A stretch of 48,593 bases of DNA, the filler included, from Bipalium vagum (taxonomy: Eukaryota), in NCBI GenBank assembly GCA_037834085.1. It is 2 parts of 2 records of this genome, joined end to end, with 100 filler letters (N's around TTAATTAATTAA, not from the genome) between each part and the next. Parts side by side here need not be neighbours in the genome. Positions count along the whole stretch, not along the records: positions 31,712 to 48,593 come from JBBMKC010088353.1; 1 more part is not named here. One strand, 5' to 3'. Every line of letters starts with the position of its first letter. Within the stretch, counting starts at the first letter, position 1. The position numbers and the translations under genes are program-made. Of the stretch, positions 31,740-44,920 are shown one piece after another. A model generated the notes under the pieces. The model was not told the origin of the DNA. It searched no databases and was given only the letters and a program-made list of their open reading frames with translations.

Positions 31740-32150
31740 TTAAATTTTTTCGGTTCCATTCTAAGGACTTTTCAGCCCAACCATGTATCTGAAAATGTTA
31801 CAGAAGACCTGTCATGATTAATATGTCAAAAACACAAGCATATGATTGGCATGAAACATTCAAAGATTGTATAGAAATGGTAGTTGATTTTCCTCGTTGT
31901 AGTCGACATGTGTTCGAAAACATTAAGATGTTAAGGCTCCAAAATTGTCGTATGTTAGAAAGTTCCTTTAAGAGTTGTATAACTTCTGAGCCCGTTCATA
32001 ACATTATAAAGAATAACATTATAAAGACCAGGCGTGTTTCAAAAGAGTTTATTTTACAAATGGAGTATAGGACATATTTCGCTGTAGACATGATTCCTAA
32101 ACCCCCAACTGACCCAACCTTCAGAAGACTCATCAAGATGGAAAGGTAAA
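31740..32150 (+). mobile_element. Mariner N-terminal remnant
   Basis: MSKTQAYDWHETFKD..VVDFPRCSR..TRRVSK. Confidence 0.65.
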
Positions 32151-32199
32151 TTTCACTAACACCATTGTAAGGGTAGCATTCACAGTATCAACAAAGAAT

Positions 32200-32889
32200 A
32201 CGTTGCAAAATTCATAAATTTTAAACGAAAAAGAAGTTCAAAAATCTTTATTCAGTAATAGTCCATATACAGTAACCCCAGATTTACTATGTAAACTGTT
32301 AAGCATCCTCCCTCTTTGATGGTATGGGGAGGAATAACTGTAAAGCAACGTTTCGTCTACATATATTCCAAAAAGACGAGACAATGAATGCTCAAAAATA
32401 CATAAGCATCCTTGATAATAAAGTCAAAAATCAAATTAACAGTACGGGAGCTACATTTCTTCAACAAGATTCAGCTCCTTGTCACACTGCAAAGATTTTC
32501 CGCAAATGGTTCACTGATAACATAGTAAATGTTCTTCAAAATTGGCCATCCAATTCAACGGACTTAAATGTTATTGAAAACTGCTGGTATATTATGAAGC
32601 AAAATAATGCTGCCCATCAACCAACTTCTGAACAGCAACTAATACAAATCTTGAAGCAAGTCGAGATAACGGAGATAACGCCAAATTATTGTAAAAACTT
32701 GGTTGAAAGTATGCCTAAGCGTTTGCAAGAAGTACTTGACAATAAGGGTTATCCTTCTAAATACTGACATTTATCAAAAATAACATTACGTAAACATTTA
32801 GTTGTAAATAAATCCCCTTGTATTACTTGCTCTGAATTTTATATATATCTTTATTTTTAGTAGTGGCATTAATTTAATGGCCATTGCTG
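32200..32889 (+). mobile_element. Tc1-like transposon 3' half (D35E spacing)
   Basis: ORF 32324-32767 with FLQQDSAPCH, WPSNSTDLNVIENCW and LVESMPKRLQEVLDNKGYPSKY. Terminus ...ATTAATTTAATGGCCATTGCTG followed by TA at 32890. Confidence 0.88.
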
Positions 32890-35670
32890 TACTTTTCAAT
32901 TACTGAAGTTTCATGGAACCAAAGCTATTCCTCTTTATATCCCAGAGACAGTAAATAAATATAAATACTCAAAAAGAAATTTTGTTCACAAAATGAGTTA
33001 GAAAAAGAAATATTTCCTCTGTATTTTTACCTTTTTTATGAAATTTCATTCTTTCTTAAAACATCTTCATTTTTCTTTGATCTTGTGAATGTATACAATA
33101 AAGTCAAAAGTACATAAACCAAAGAAGAAATATAAAAAGTGATCATCACATATACAAACCTTTTCCAGAAATTTTAAGGAGTTTGTTAAATTGGAATTAT
33201 TGAGAAAGTTGTACCTTTAACAAGCTTTTTCCCATATTGATTTTATTTTATACGTTTCAAAACACTGGTGTATAAAGTCAATAGCCTTAATATCCGAGAA
33301 CATGAAGACAATTGGAGAATGTTGAGAAATATTAAGACCTATTGTAGTAACAGATAAATAGGACCTAACACTATGATGACCAATAAAGTATAGTACATTT
33401 ACCCCAACTACTGGCGCCATAATTATCATTGATGCATATCACAATTAATGTCAATCACTTAGATTCACAAATTGCTACACCACAACCAAGTCACCAAGGG
33501 CTGACTACCGTGTATAGACTAACTTGTTAATGATAATATTGTAATTACCAATTTTATGACATCGAAGCTTGATAAAAGAACAATGCCTGGTCTAAACTAA
33601 AGAAATTGCATAATAAGACACTAGCCTTAATCTAACCACTGGGAACTTTAATAATAACATGAAAAGTTTCTTTTGAAATGAAACAATATGTTTCCAGCTA
33701 ATGCGTTTCATCACATTGTGCATAATAAAATTGAATTTAACACAAATATTCCAATAATGCTTGAAACGAATAAACAAGGCTTTAAAATTGATTAATCATT
33801 TTATTTATGCTTGAAACCTTGCTATCAATGTAAAAGATTTTGAATAGCATATTCGCTGAAATTCAGAAATGTTACTTTAATTATCATAATAAAATTCCAC
33901 TGTTAAACTAAAACGTTTAATATTCCTAAACAATGATTTATTTAGTTTAGCTGTCTTTGTATACTTTACTTTTATCAATTAGTTTTAAATAATAACTTTC
34001 TGTTTTCGTTTCAAACAAAAATTTTATAAATGAGAATAATTTCTGGTATGATTTCGTTCATAAGTCAAAAAATTAAATTTAAAATTGGATTTGTAAAAAA
34101 TTTCATAAAACTGCATTAAAATAAATTTGAAAACTGACGCAATATTATCACTTGGCAACCAGTATTATAAAAAGAAATAATATTACTTATGAAATATAAA
34201 TTTTAAACATTTGTTTCTTTAATAATATTAATTTATATAAATTTTATGATCTTTGAAATTAAAAGTGATTTTAATTGAATATTAAACTAGAGCTTTTTCT
34301 GATAAACAAGTTAAATTAAATTCTTTATATTCAAATAAGATAAATTTTCTTTAATTTTAAACGTCAGTTGAAGTGTGAATATGTTGAACATTTTAACATA
34401 TAATGTCGAATATTTATTTAAAATAAATATAATCTAATCTATTACTTATTACAGTTATTTAAAATTTTATTAAATATCTGTTAAAAATTGGTTTTTAGTT
34501 CTCAGTCGACTATGCAGTATCAGTCCAAGACCAATTGAATATCCATCAGTTCTTTTTAATAACATGGTGAGTCAAATTATACATTTTTTTTAATGGATTA
34601 AAAAAATTTAACTTTTAAAATAAACATAAAAGTATTTTAAAATATATTTCCTAAATTTTAATAATTCCATTTCAATAAAATTATATTAAATAATGATAGT
34701 CAAAATCCCATCAAAGCAATGATAAAATTAAATGTTACCTGTGCATTGAAAATATGGTTCTTTTAAAAACGATATTAATAAAAATCTTTTGTGTGAACTC
34801 TTAAAACATTCAGTAAAGTTTTGTTGTGGTATTATTAATATGTTTCTATATCTTATTGTTGGAGAACAAATGAGTGCTTTTTCGCAGTGATGTGTTTCCT
34901 ATTTGATAAAACCAAAAGAAAACTTTACTGCATTAAATAATCAATGGTTTAGAAAAATAAGTTTATTTGACAATTATAAATGAGGGTATAGAATTTACTA
35001 CTGTGATCATCCCTCCAAAGTAAGAACAACAATAGATTCATGAAGTAAAACTTTGTAATGTGTCGATTTAGATTACCTTGAGCAACGTAAAATCATTTTT
35101 ATAGATTAAAAAATTCTAGTCGAAAATTGTGTCCAAGAAATATTAGAGAATCCCAGATGAAAAATGATATTCATTTGACCTTTAGTCACAAAATCTCTTC
35201 TGGCAAGCATTTATTTCGGTTTGTGGTGCCATTAACACTTTATCTTACACATTCAATAAACAACATTATTAAAAGTAAAATAATTTAGGTTTTCTTTTTA
35301 TTAAAACTTATACTTGATAAGTCAATAGGAAATAAAAGCAATTTAGAACTATCCTTTCGTACATCTACAAAGTTCAACATGCATTGTTTGATATAAATTA
35401 ATAATAAATTAAATTAGATAATTAATTTTAAGGGTTTTTGTTTGTAACACCTAAAGAAGTACTTAAGAGAACCGTTTCCATTATTTAAATTTTATGAAAA
35501 TCATAAAAATCGAACAAATAATCAATTTTGATCTTGAAATATCTATTTTTTAAAAGTTTTTTTTTAACAAAGAATCGTATTTTATTTTTCAGACGGCTGT
35601 TGAAAAGTTAGAACCTTCAGATGAAAACAAGAAGGCTAAGGGGTTTTTAATTTGTGACTTGCTGGATTAA
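32890..35670 (+). CDS. Tentative 3' end of an unidentified gene with a C-terminal eh1-like motif
   Basis: Three phase-compatible open segments: 32890-32950 (GT), 34499-34566 (AG..GTGAGT) and 35593-35670 (TTTTTCAG..stop, AATAAA at 35669). Translation ..SWNQSYSSLYPRDILSRLCSISPRPIEYPSVLFNNMTAVEKLEPSDENKKAKGFLICDLLD*. Confidence 0.4.
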
Positions 35671-36199
35671 TAAAATGATTTTGAAAATTATCTATTAATT
35701 TCCTTCATAGATTATGTAATTGGTAATGAATTAAAATGACTTTTATTTTCAATTGTGTCTAGCAATGTAAAATATTTTTAAAAATAAAAGTATTGTCAAT
35801 ATCTTTAAATCATTCTTTCTCTATTTCTTCAAATTTCGGTTTGAATTTGAGAGGTTTATTTAGCAAAACATTTGTAGGTCTGGGCAATTATTGAAGAAGG
35901 TACTATACATTTTCTTTTAATTGGCTCAAGGTTTTAATAAAAATGTTTTCAATCAACAAAATAATGTCCCTTTTTTTTTACAAGTTTTAAATGTAAAATT
36001 ACAATTTTTATAAAAAGATTATTTTATTTGCCAAGGATTGGGTTGAGTGAATATGGATATTTTCAATTGAATCGAACATTCTAACATCCAAAGAATATTG
36101 CAGTGAATGAAATATGTTAAAAATTTTAAAATGAAGATCGGACGAATACAATGGATATCCTAACTTCTGCCAAATCACTTAACTTATGTGAGGTATAGG

Positions 36200-37070
36200 A
36201 CTATGGCTTGCTGTCGCGCAACCAGACGATCAATTTTAAAAAATATTCATATCAGTTAGCAGATCCTAAAGCCGTCATGAATTTAAAACGGCTGGAAGTG
36301 ACTGGACGTTTCAGTATTTGGAACTATGTTAGGGACCTTATATTTCATCTCACATTTCTGTATCCTGAAATTATAGTTAAGTCGACAACCAATTATGTAT
36401 CGTAAGTGGCTCGAGAAACCGGATACATATCAAATACTACTTTTGAACGTTATATAATATAAGTATGGCGTACAAATGTTCTAACATAAATGATTCTGTT
36501 GGAAGCAACCATTACAGATTCCAACGGAATCTCTTTCTTTCGTCCAAAGATATGTTATCGGTTATTGAACATAACAATACGCGATTACGCTAGAAGTGTG
36601 GATAGGAAAATAGATGAATTGGCGGCTAAGCGAAATTAACCAGATTGCTCGAAGAGAATAAAGTTAACCTGTGTAGTTAATAAGAATCTGAAGAGTATCA
36701 GAGTATATTTCAGTAGGAGCTAAGGATACTGAAACATAGGGGATTTATCAATAATTAAAACTGATCATAGGTCCCAGAAGAGATTGGATAGTTACCTTGC
36801 ATATGTTAATCCATCATGCAAACAAGATGAAAAATAAAGTGTTTTTGCATTACAAGTTTATATTAAAAGTTTTCATAAGTATAGGTGCATAGACAATTTA
36901 AGGAAAGCCATAATTGGCGAAGAAATAGTTAATTAATTGAAAGAAGGAGTTTGTCGAGTTTACCATGACCTGAATGATTAAAAGATTAATGGTTGAGGTA
37001 ACGATGGAGTCAGATGATATAAATTGATGGATAACAGTAACAATATTAATTTAAAAATCTAAGTCCTCAA
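36200..37070 (+). mobile_element. Possible highly decayed LTR-retrotransposon pol relic
   Basis: GC-elevated patch with an RNase H-like IKTDH motif near 36755. No intact ORF. Confidence 0.3.
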
Positions 37071-37760
37071 AGTAGGAACTGATTTATATATATGAATTAA
37101 ATTATTTTTAATTACATAATTTAAAAATAAAAAGACTTTAAAAAACAATTTCCGTGTGTCAAAATCGACTGATGAAATAATTTTAATAATAACCTGATCA
37201 AAGGTAATTACTTTATCATGACGGGAAATAAGAAGTTATTTCTAGAGCTTTAACATATTAAGAATTAATTTCTTGATTAATCTAAAGAAAAATTAAAAAA
37301 ATATTTTATTTTAAAAAGAGATAAAATTTATTATTAAAGACATAAGTTAACAAGTACCATGAAAACAGATAGAAATCTCTAAGAAATCCTTTAATTTTTT
37401 CTAAATTTCAAAGATTATCTAGCGATCAAGGTGGAACTATCAATCATTTACAAATCATTCATGCGTAATTCCATCCTAAGGTAAAGATAATCAGAAAATA
37501 AGAAATTAAAAATAAGAACACATGAATAAGTGCATTTTCAATGATTTTTATTCAAAATGAACTCTAGAATTGAATATTGATTCATACCCAACTCCAATTT
37601 TTATAAATACTTCAAAATTATTGTTCCGAAACATAAACCACTGTAAAAAAGTGGAGATCATAGAGAAATATTGACACATTCATTTTATAATTTTGAAACT
37701 AGAGTTTCATATCACAAATCTAATCGAAATCAGCAATTCACCGGAACTGTAATATATGAT

Positions 37761-40700
37761 CTAGTCTATATTTACGGGGGTCTCTTCTAGTTCTACATTA
37801 CCATTGGAAATCAGTTCGCTTAAAATCTCCGAGGCCGTTAGAATCAATTCTTTTGTATCACAGTTTCGAAATTTTTCTGATGTTGAAGATCGTCTACGAC
37901 ATGGTGGAGACAATGTTGTTTTATCAACGTTCACAAATAACACTTTACTTTCACTGGTAGAAATTGGTTGGACTTCAATAAGATTAGTAGACCCGTTAGA
38001 AAAATTAACGGATTTAGATTTCTGTTGTTGAATAACTCTGGTACGAGTGTTCACAGCCTTATTTGCAATTTGAATGGGAACTGTTGCTACTGATTTGGAT
38101 GCTGTGGATGTTCTAAGTAATTCGAAATCGGTTTGAGTTTCAATGCATTTTTGTTCTGGTTTTGGCACTTCTTGTAAATTATAACTATAAATAAAATTTA
38201 TTATTATTTATTGAAACATATTTTTAAAAGTTATTTTGTATCGTTTTCAACATAATTTTGTTCTTTACATTTGATGAAATTTTAAAAGTATTGAAATAAA
38301 TGACAATGGTGTGGTGCAAGATGATAAAGGCTGTGCCGTAAATGTTACTTAAAATGATTTTGTAAGACAAATATGTAATCTCCGTGATATAAGTGTTATT
38401 CTGAATCTTAAAAAAATTTAAAAGAACTGGTGAGGGATACCGCTCACTATTGAGTCTTTTGGAATTGTTGGTGAGTATTTTTCCGTTTTCCAGATAATCA
38501 AGTCATTTATATCAAATATAGATGATGTTGAAGTTATCCTCCAAGGACCAAAAATATATGGAAATTGTCGAAAAAGCATATGGTCCTTTGAATATGGCTT
38601 TTGAAGCCAAAAATCAGAGAAGTAATTAGCAATAAACCAGTATTTAATATTATTTATATTTTAAGCGATTTATTCATTATGCTTATATCATATGATTTAG
38701 ATATATATTTTCTAACAACAGGAACTGCTTCAATTAAATAACAATACACCCGTTTAATAAGACTTTTTGTCTATGAAAAAATTAAATGAATTGAATTACA
38801 ACTTGGTTGACCAGACATCCTATTTATCAAACTTCACTCCATCACACTTATTTTATCCCAAACTGAAAAAATTCCAGTCTAGAAATGTTTTCATGACAAT
38901 CAAAAACAGTTGATACTGTAAATAGCTATTTTGTAATCCTTGATGAAAGTCATTACAACCAAGTTAACCAATTGCTAGAAAGACGTTTTACTAAATGTTT
39001 TGAGCTAAAAGTAAATTTTTTAAAAATATAATTTGATTTTTGAAAAATTGATATTGTTTTATTCTTTTTTCCAACTTTTCACACTTTTCTAATATATCTA
39101 AAATTGATTTTGGATTTTATTTGATAACTTCAGATATAATTCTCCTTTAATCGACCAAAGCAGGAGTATAAAACAATTGTCAATTATATATATTCGGAGA
39201 AAAACAAATTACTTTCGCTTATAATTGACACAAGCCTTTACGATTCATCAAAATAGCATTTCAACGAAAGTGAAATATATATTGGAATAACATTTTGAAT
39301 ATTTAATAATAATTATTATTTTCTATAAATTATTATTGTGAATATAAATAGTTCACAAACTGTTAAATCAATTTTAAGCATAAATGTCATAAAATTTGGC
39401 AAAATTAACTGGGAAATGGAAAAAAACAGTTATTTTTATCAAAATCCAGTGCATTTATCATATTTTATGAAAGAATTCAGTTAATAACAAGCAATATTAT
39501 TGAAAAATTTACTTGGCATAATTAAGAAAGTTTCTTGGCTTTGTAAGCATTGGACGGTCCATATCTTGTATACTGCCGAATTCGAAAATTCCAGGAATGA
39601 ATTTAACCTCCTTTGTCACGGATGCAGGAAGCTCACTCTTTGGCAAATTTAATGCTTCAGATAATTTATCTTGTATTTCTTTTTTCAACAGCAGCAACTC
39701 TATGTCCTTTCGTTGTAATATCACTTCAGTCATGTTGCATGTATTTTTCAAGCTTGACAATTGATTTTCTAAGGTTGACTTCGATTCAATCAGTTCCATC
39801 ATGTTGTTTCCGTAAATATTTCGAATTTCTTCCAGTAATTGATCTTCTTTAATCTTAATCTGAACGGAAAACATCAAGCCCATTCAACGAATAATTTGTT
39901 GGAAATATTTACTGTAAATTTCTCCTAAGAGGATGTGAAATAGTTGGCTAAATGTCAATTTTGTAAAATGTTATGTGACTGTCAAAATGAAACGTGTTCC
40001 AGATTTTCAGAATCAAGCTGGACAAAGTTTTTAATTATAAAATACTTTTTCCTCGATCAATAAACCCTCATATTAGGAATGTATATTAATATGAAAAAAT
40101 ATAACTTAATTTTCTTTGATCAGACTTTAATAAGTTTTTCTAAATTCTAAAGTAATTTTTTATCAATTGATAAAATTTATTATAAACATAGAGAAAATAA
40201 TATATATAAACTTAATTATTATAGTATATTGATTAATAAAACCTCAATCTTTTGTGCTGAATATTAGTGTAATGTGATATTTTTCAAATTTTAATATTTT
40301 TGGGTTTTGTTTTGACTCAGAAAAGGCAAAAATAAGTTTCTATTGAATTTTTAATCTGAATTTTTTAACAATTTCCGGCTCAATTTAATATTTATTACTT
40401 CCATTAATTGCATGATCTATAAAACTAAATTAAGGCAGTTCTTTATTATTATTCTTTTCTAATTTTAAACTCAGTCTTAAGTAATTATTTACAAAAAAAT
40501 AATTATAATAATAATAAAAATAATAAACTTAACCATTGTCAATGAGACTAATACTTAAAATCAGTTTATTGGAAGTAATGGATAAGAAATAAACATAAAT
40601 AAATAAAATAATTTTTAATTAATGTGAATTGCACGCCAAATATTTTAATTAACTAAAATTTTGAATGTTTTAAAAATTCTCAATAAAGCCCTAAGAAAAA

Positions 40701-43115
40701 AAATGAAAAGATTTATGAAGAGCTACAAAATAAAAGTTAATGAAAAAATAATTAAATTTTGATTTTATGGAATTTTAAAATTTGTACGACAGATTAAATT
40801 TTAATAAATTAAATGTTTTATTAACAAGTAGATGAACATAAACAGTAATTAAAATTTTGAAGTTAAAAAGGTGAAGATTAATAAGTTTTTATATAATTTT
40901 AAAATTATTGAGAAGCATAATTATAATTTTCAGTTAATCGTAAGAATTTTATGTTAAAGTTTAATAAAGATTATAATAACAATTTATATATATTCTCATT
41001 ACATTAAAAATTCTTGATTTAGAAATAAATTTGTATGTTGAATAATTCTTTCATTAAAATTTATGTTCTGTTCCTTTGTATTTCTAAAATAAGAATTATA
41101 CATTTTCAGACATAAATAATTTACAGTACAAAACATTAAGATTTTTAAATAGTTTTTTTGATTTAATAAATACTTCAGTTCCAAATTTTGTGCATAACGT
41201 GACATAAGAAAACCGAAACAAAAATTAAAAATAATCTTCAAAGAAATATTTCATCTTTCTCACCATTTCTAAAAACAGGAAAGATAAACAAATCTTATTT
41301 TTTAAACAATTTCCTATGCCAATCTATTTAACTGAAATATTTTTTATAATTTCCTTTTCAATATTTTGTGATATTTAGGTTTTGTCTGTATTATAATTTA
41401 TTAATTCTTTAATAAAAATACATAAAAATGTAATCAAGGCTTAATATTTCGTCTCAATTTAATTAACATTTTTTTATTATATTAACTGTGGTCTGAAAGT
41501 AGACTGCAGATAATAAACTAATAAAAATACTTTGAACTAATTAAATTATTTTAGTGCTTTCTTAAGAATTTATCAACTTTTTGTGTTTGGATTTCATAGC
41601 ACATATTAAGTGTCAGTAACCATAACAGTAACTGATAATTCAAAATTGTATTTCCCAAGCACTACATTCTTTCAGCTATTCTTTGATTTCTTCATGAAAT
41701 ATGTAAAATCAGTTGTGTGATAATTTTAATTTAATAAAAAATTTAAAAATTTACTTTTGAATAATTAACAGGTAAATTAAAAAAAAAGAAAAGGCACTTT
41801 AAAAACCGTTAATAATGAACTGTAATATAATTGATAAAATTAAATTATCCTTAAAATATAAGAAGTACCTCTTGTTTTAACTTTGTGGCAAGTTCCATTA
41901 TTTGAGATTCAGTAGATTTTATAATAAGCTCCGCAGCTTTTATTTTAAAAAGTTTTTCTTCATATTCAGCAATAATTTCCTGACAAGAAGCCAATTGAAC
42001 TTCAATATCCCCTTTGTATTTGACTACAGCTTCTGTAAATTGAGTGACTTCGTGATCGCTGTGATCATTAAATGTGCACAAGACGCATATACATTCCTGG
42101 CAAGGTTTACAGAAAAATCTCACTGATTCCTCTGCATGGATTTTACAAATAAGATCATCTTCGATTTTCAGATCAAATAAAGAATGCTGTTGTGTGACCC
42201 GTGTTTGACGATGAATATCTGTGCAATTTTGGCACAATAATTTGCAGCAATCTATACATTTTGTTTTGGCTTCTCTCTTTCGATTTCCCATTTTATGACA
42301 TATTTGACAAAAGAAATTACTGTTCGATTCATCATCAACAGATTCGGCTATTGAAGCTTTCCGTTTTTGAATCATTTCAAATAAACTGGCAACGACAAAG
42401 TTATCCGGTAGTTTTCGAACTCCACCTGTCGGTAATGTTGTTCTTTTTCTGCATAGTGGACACGTAAATTCTCGATAGTCGCTGTACTTTTTGTAAGTTA
42501 CTTCTCCTTGAATGTGGTTTTCTAGACATTGAGAACAAAACGTATGCAAGCATGGAAGGCTTTTGGGCTGTTTGTAATTACCAAGACATATTTTACAGAT
42601 CAGAAGTTCGTCTTGAATTTCCTGAGCCAGTTTTCCACCTACAGTTTGCAAGGCTTCAGACTGAACTGATTGAGCTGGACTTTTAGATGTTGATTTTAGA
42701 TTATTTAATTCATCAGAGTTATTTATTAATGTATCTAAAATAAGCAAATATCAATATTTAACAAAACTCAATTAATGAGAGTGTGGATCAGTTGTAAAAA
42801 ATACGGATCTCAGAATAACTTACCAATATCATGTTTTTTCAAAAATTCACTAGTTGGCATCCAAGACATTGGTCGATCATGCTTTCTGTCAATAGTATCG
42901 TAATGAAAGAGCATTCCTGAAGGTTTCCCTGATAATTAAGTTACATTCAAAAAAACCACTCAGATCAGGAGAATGAGAAAATGTAAGAGTTATAGGAGTT
43001 AAAGGTGAGATAGATCACTACTATTTCATTATGTACATGCAATTGGGCATTCACAGATAAATTCATGCTTACCGAATCGTCGTCGATATATTCGAGATGA
43101 AGAATCTTCAGTCAT
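37761..43115 (-). CDS. Tripartite motif (RBCC) E3 ubiquitin ligase, TRIM2/3/45/56-like, ~594 aa, complete
   Basis: Phase-compatible exons 43115-43073 (ATG, with an in-frame stop upstream), 42928-42824, 42734-41869, 39859-39513 and 38184-37761 (stop); total 1785 nt. RING: CKIC..PKSLPCLHTFCSQC..CPLCR. B-box1: CQIC..CIDC..LCQNC...H...H. B-box2: CKIH..FFCKPCQECICVLC..H.DH. Followed by a coiled coil. Confidence 0.92.
38800..39070 (+). mobile_element. Mariner 3' remnant in a TRIM intron
   Basis: Degenerate PD..L.PS..Y.F region and LLERRFTKCFELK (the RW.KC motif). Confidence 0.55.
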
Positions 43116-44415
43116 AGAATAAAAAATTATCGAAATTGTTGCTCAGATATATAATGAAAAATTATTTATTCTTGCTGATTCGGTATTTGGGCTGGTTGTG
43201 TAATCGCACATGAATCATTGGGACATGTCGTTCAGTAAGTGCTAAAATCAATACGAATCTGTACGATAGGCCAATCGTCAAGGTGAAATTTGTTGGAAAG
43301 TAATGTGTGTATGCATTTAGCAATCTGGTAAAATAAATGTTTATTACTGTTTAAGCACGATTTTCTTTATTGATTTCGATATCTTATTTACCTTTTAGCT
43401 ATATGATTATAGTAAATAATTTTTAATTAATAATAAACAAATCAAAAATTGGATCTAGTTTTCCTTTTGTTTAAATAATCAAGTATATTTTTTAATCAAC
43501 AAATTAAAATTGAAAAGATAATTTATTCTGGTTACGTTATTCAGAATTGAAAAATACCCTAAATATATTTTAAGTTTGTAAAAGTAAATTTGTAGAGGTT
43601 ATTGATTCAACTTAAGTTGTGTAATTAATTTTTGACAGACTCTTGGCTTATTTTAAGAGTTTCTTAAAATCATAAAACATGATAGTAGAAATATTGAATT
43701 TCTTAAACAATTAAAATTTTTGCGACCTTGACGATAGAGATCAGTTTTGTGAGAAATGAAAGTAAATATGTATTGTTTAGCTTTAGTCAGATTTTCAATA
43801 TTAAACGAAATTAACTGATATTTACCAACGTCATACAATGTGTTAGGGTTATTGTTTTCAGACTAAAATTAAAGTCGTCAGCTTTCATCTGACTCTTCAT
43901 TGGTGGATTAACTTTTGCTTGATGGTCAACTCTAAATGGATGGCATGAAAGTTACATCGTCTATAGTTTCATTATTCATATTGGACTTCGAAAACCACCT
44001 TTTAGTAGTAGATGTGTGAATAGTTCTTCAAGAGTTTCAAAAAATTGTCGGAAGCAATCATGTTGAAATTTAAATTGAAAATAAAGGATTACACGAATTT
44101 CTTTTCTAAATAGTTTCATTCTAGAACAATTATGATAATATTTAAAAGAATAATAGACATTTTTTTATCCGTGGTTCTCAATCTATCTATTATTGCTCTC
44201 TGACTCCAATGATTCTCTTTTAGTACGTTAGTTATGCGGACAAAAATCTGAAAAAAAATATTGAAAATTTATTGAATAATAAAGGAAAACAAAAGTACCA
44301 AATAATAAATAATCACGTAAAGGGTCAACAACTTTTGATCCGTATAATTCTTCACATTCGAATTCGTTTCTTTCGTCACTTTCACTACAATTTCAAGTTC
44401 AAAATTTCAACTGTC

Positions 44416-44429
44416 TCTCGCGCGCGAGA
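44416..44429. promoter_or_regulatory. CpG-rich palindrome TCTCGCGCGCGAGA, candidate promoter element upstream of the TRIM gene
   Basis: Perfect 14-bp palindrome in AT-rich DNA, ~1.3 kb upstream of the TRIM ATG. A 5'-UTR splice acceptor at ~43325 implies an upstream non-coding exon. Confidence 0.35.
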
Positions 44430-44920
44430 TAGAGATTTTGCTACTCCATTATATAGGAGTAAGATTCTCTTAACCAGTCAATGAATATTCTTCATTTCCA
44501 TTGGTTTTAATTATTCAGCTTAACCCGAACCTTTTCGCCTGAACTGAAAAATCAATTAATCTTTAAATCTTTAGCACAAATATACTAGTGCACAAGACTC
44601 AGTCTACTTCTTTAACTCGATTGCTTTCATAGGGAAGCAAGGTGTTTGTTAATTTTATTATTTCATGTACAAGTTACATTGTCAAAATCGTCATCTCGAC
44701 AAGTTTCTCAACCTAAGAATAAGAAAGATAAGAAACACCTAGATTTTCAAAAAAATTGATTTTACCTATCAAGTTATTTTTATTACTTAAATTAGTGAAA
44801 CATTTGCAAGAAGATTACTATTTTGGTAAAATATATTTTAATTTTATTCTCTATACACATGCAAAATAATCATTATAAAAAATGCCATTTATAGTTTAAC
44901 TTAAATTTTGTTATATAATA

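Noticed and set aside
41902-42467. Plus-strand ORFs overlapping TRIM exons (also 37804-38031 and 39613-39852)
   Set aside because: Antisense shadows of TRIM coding exons.
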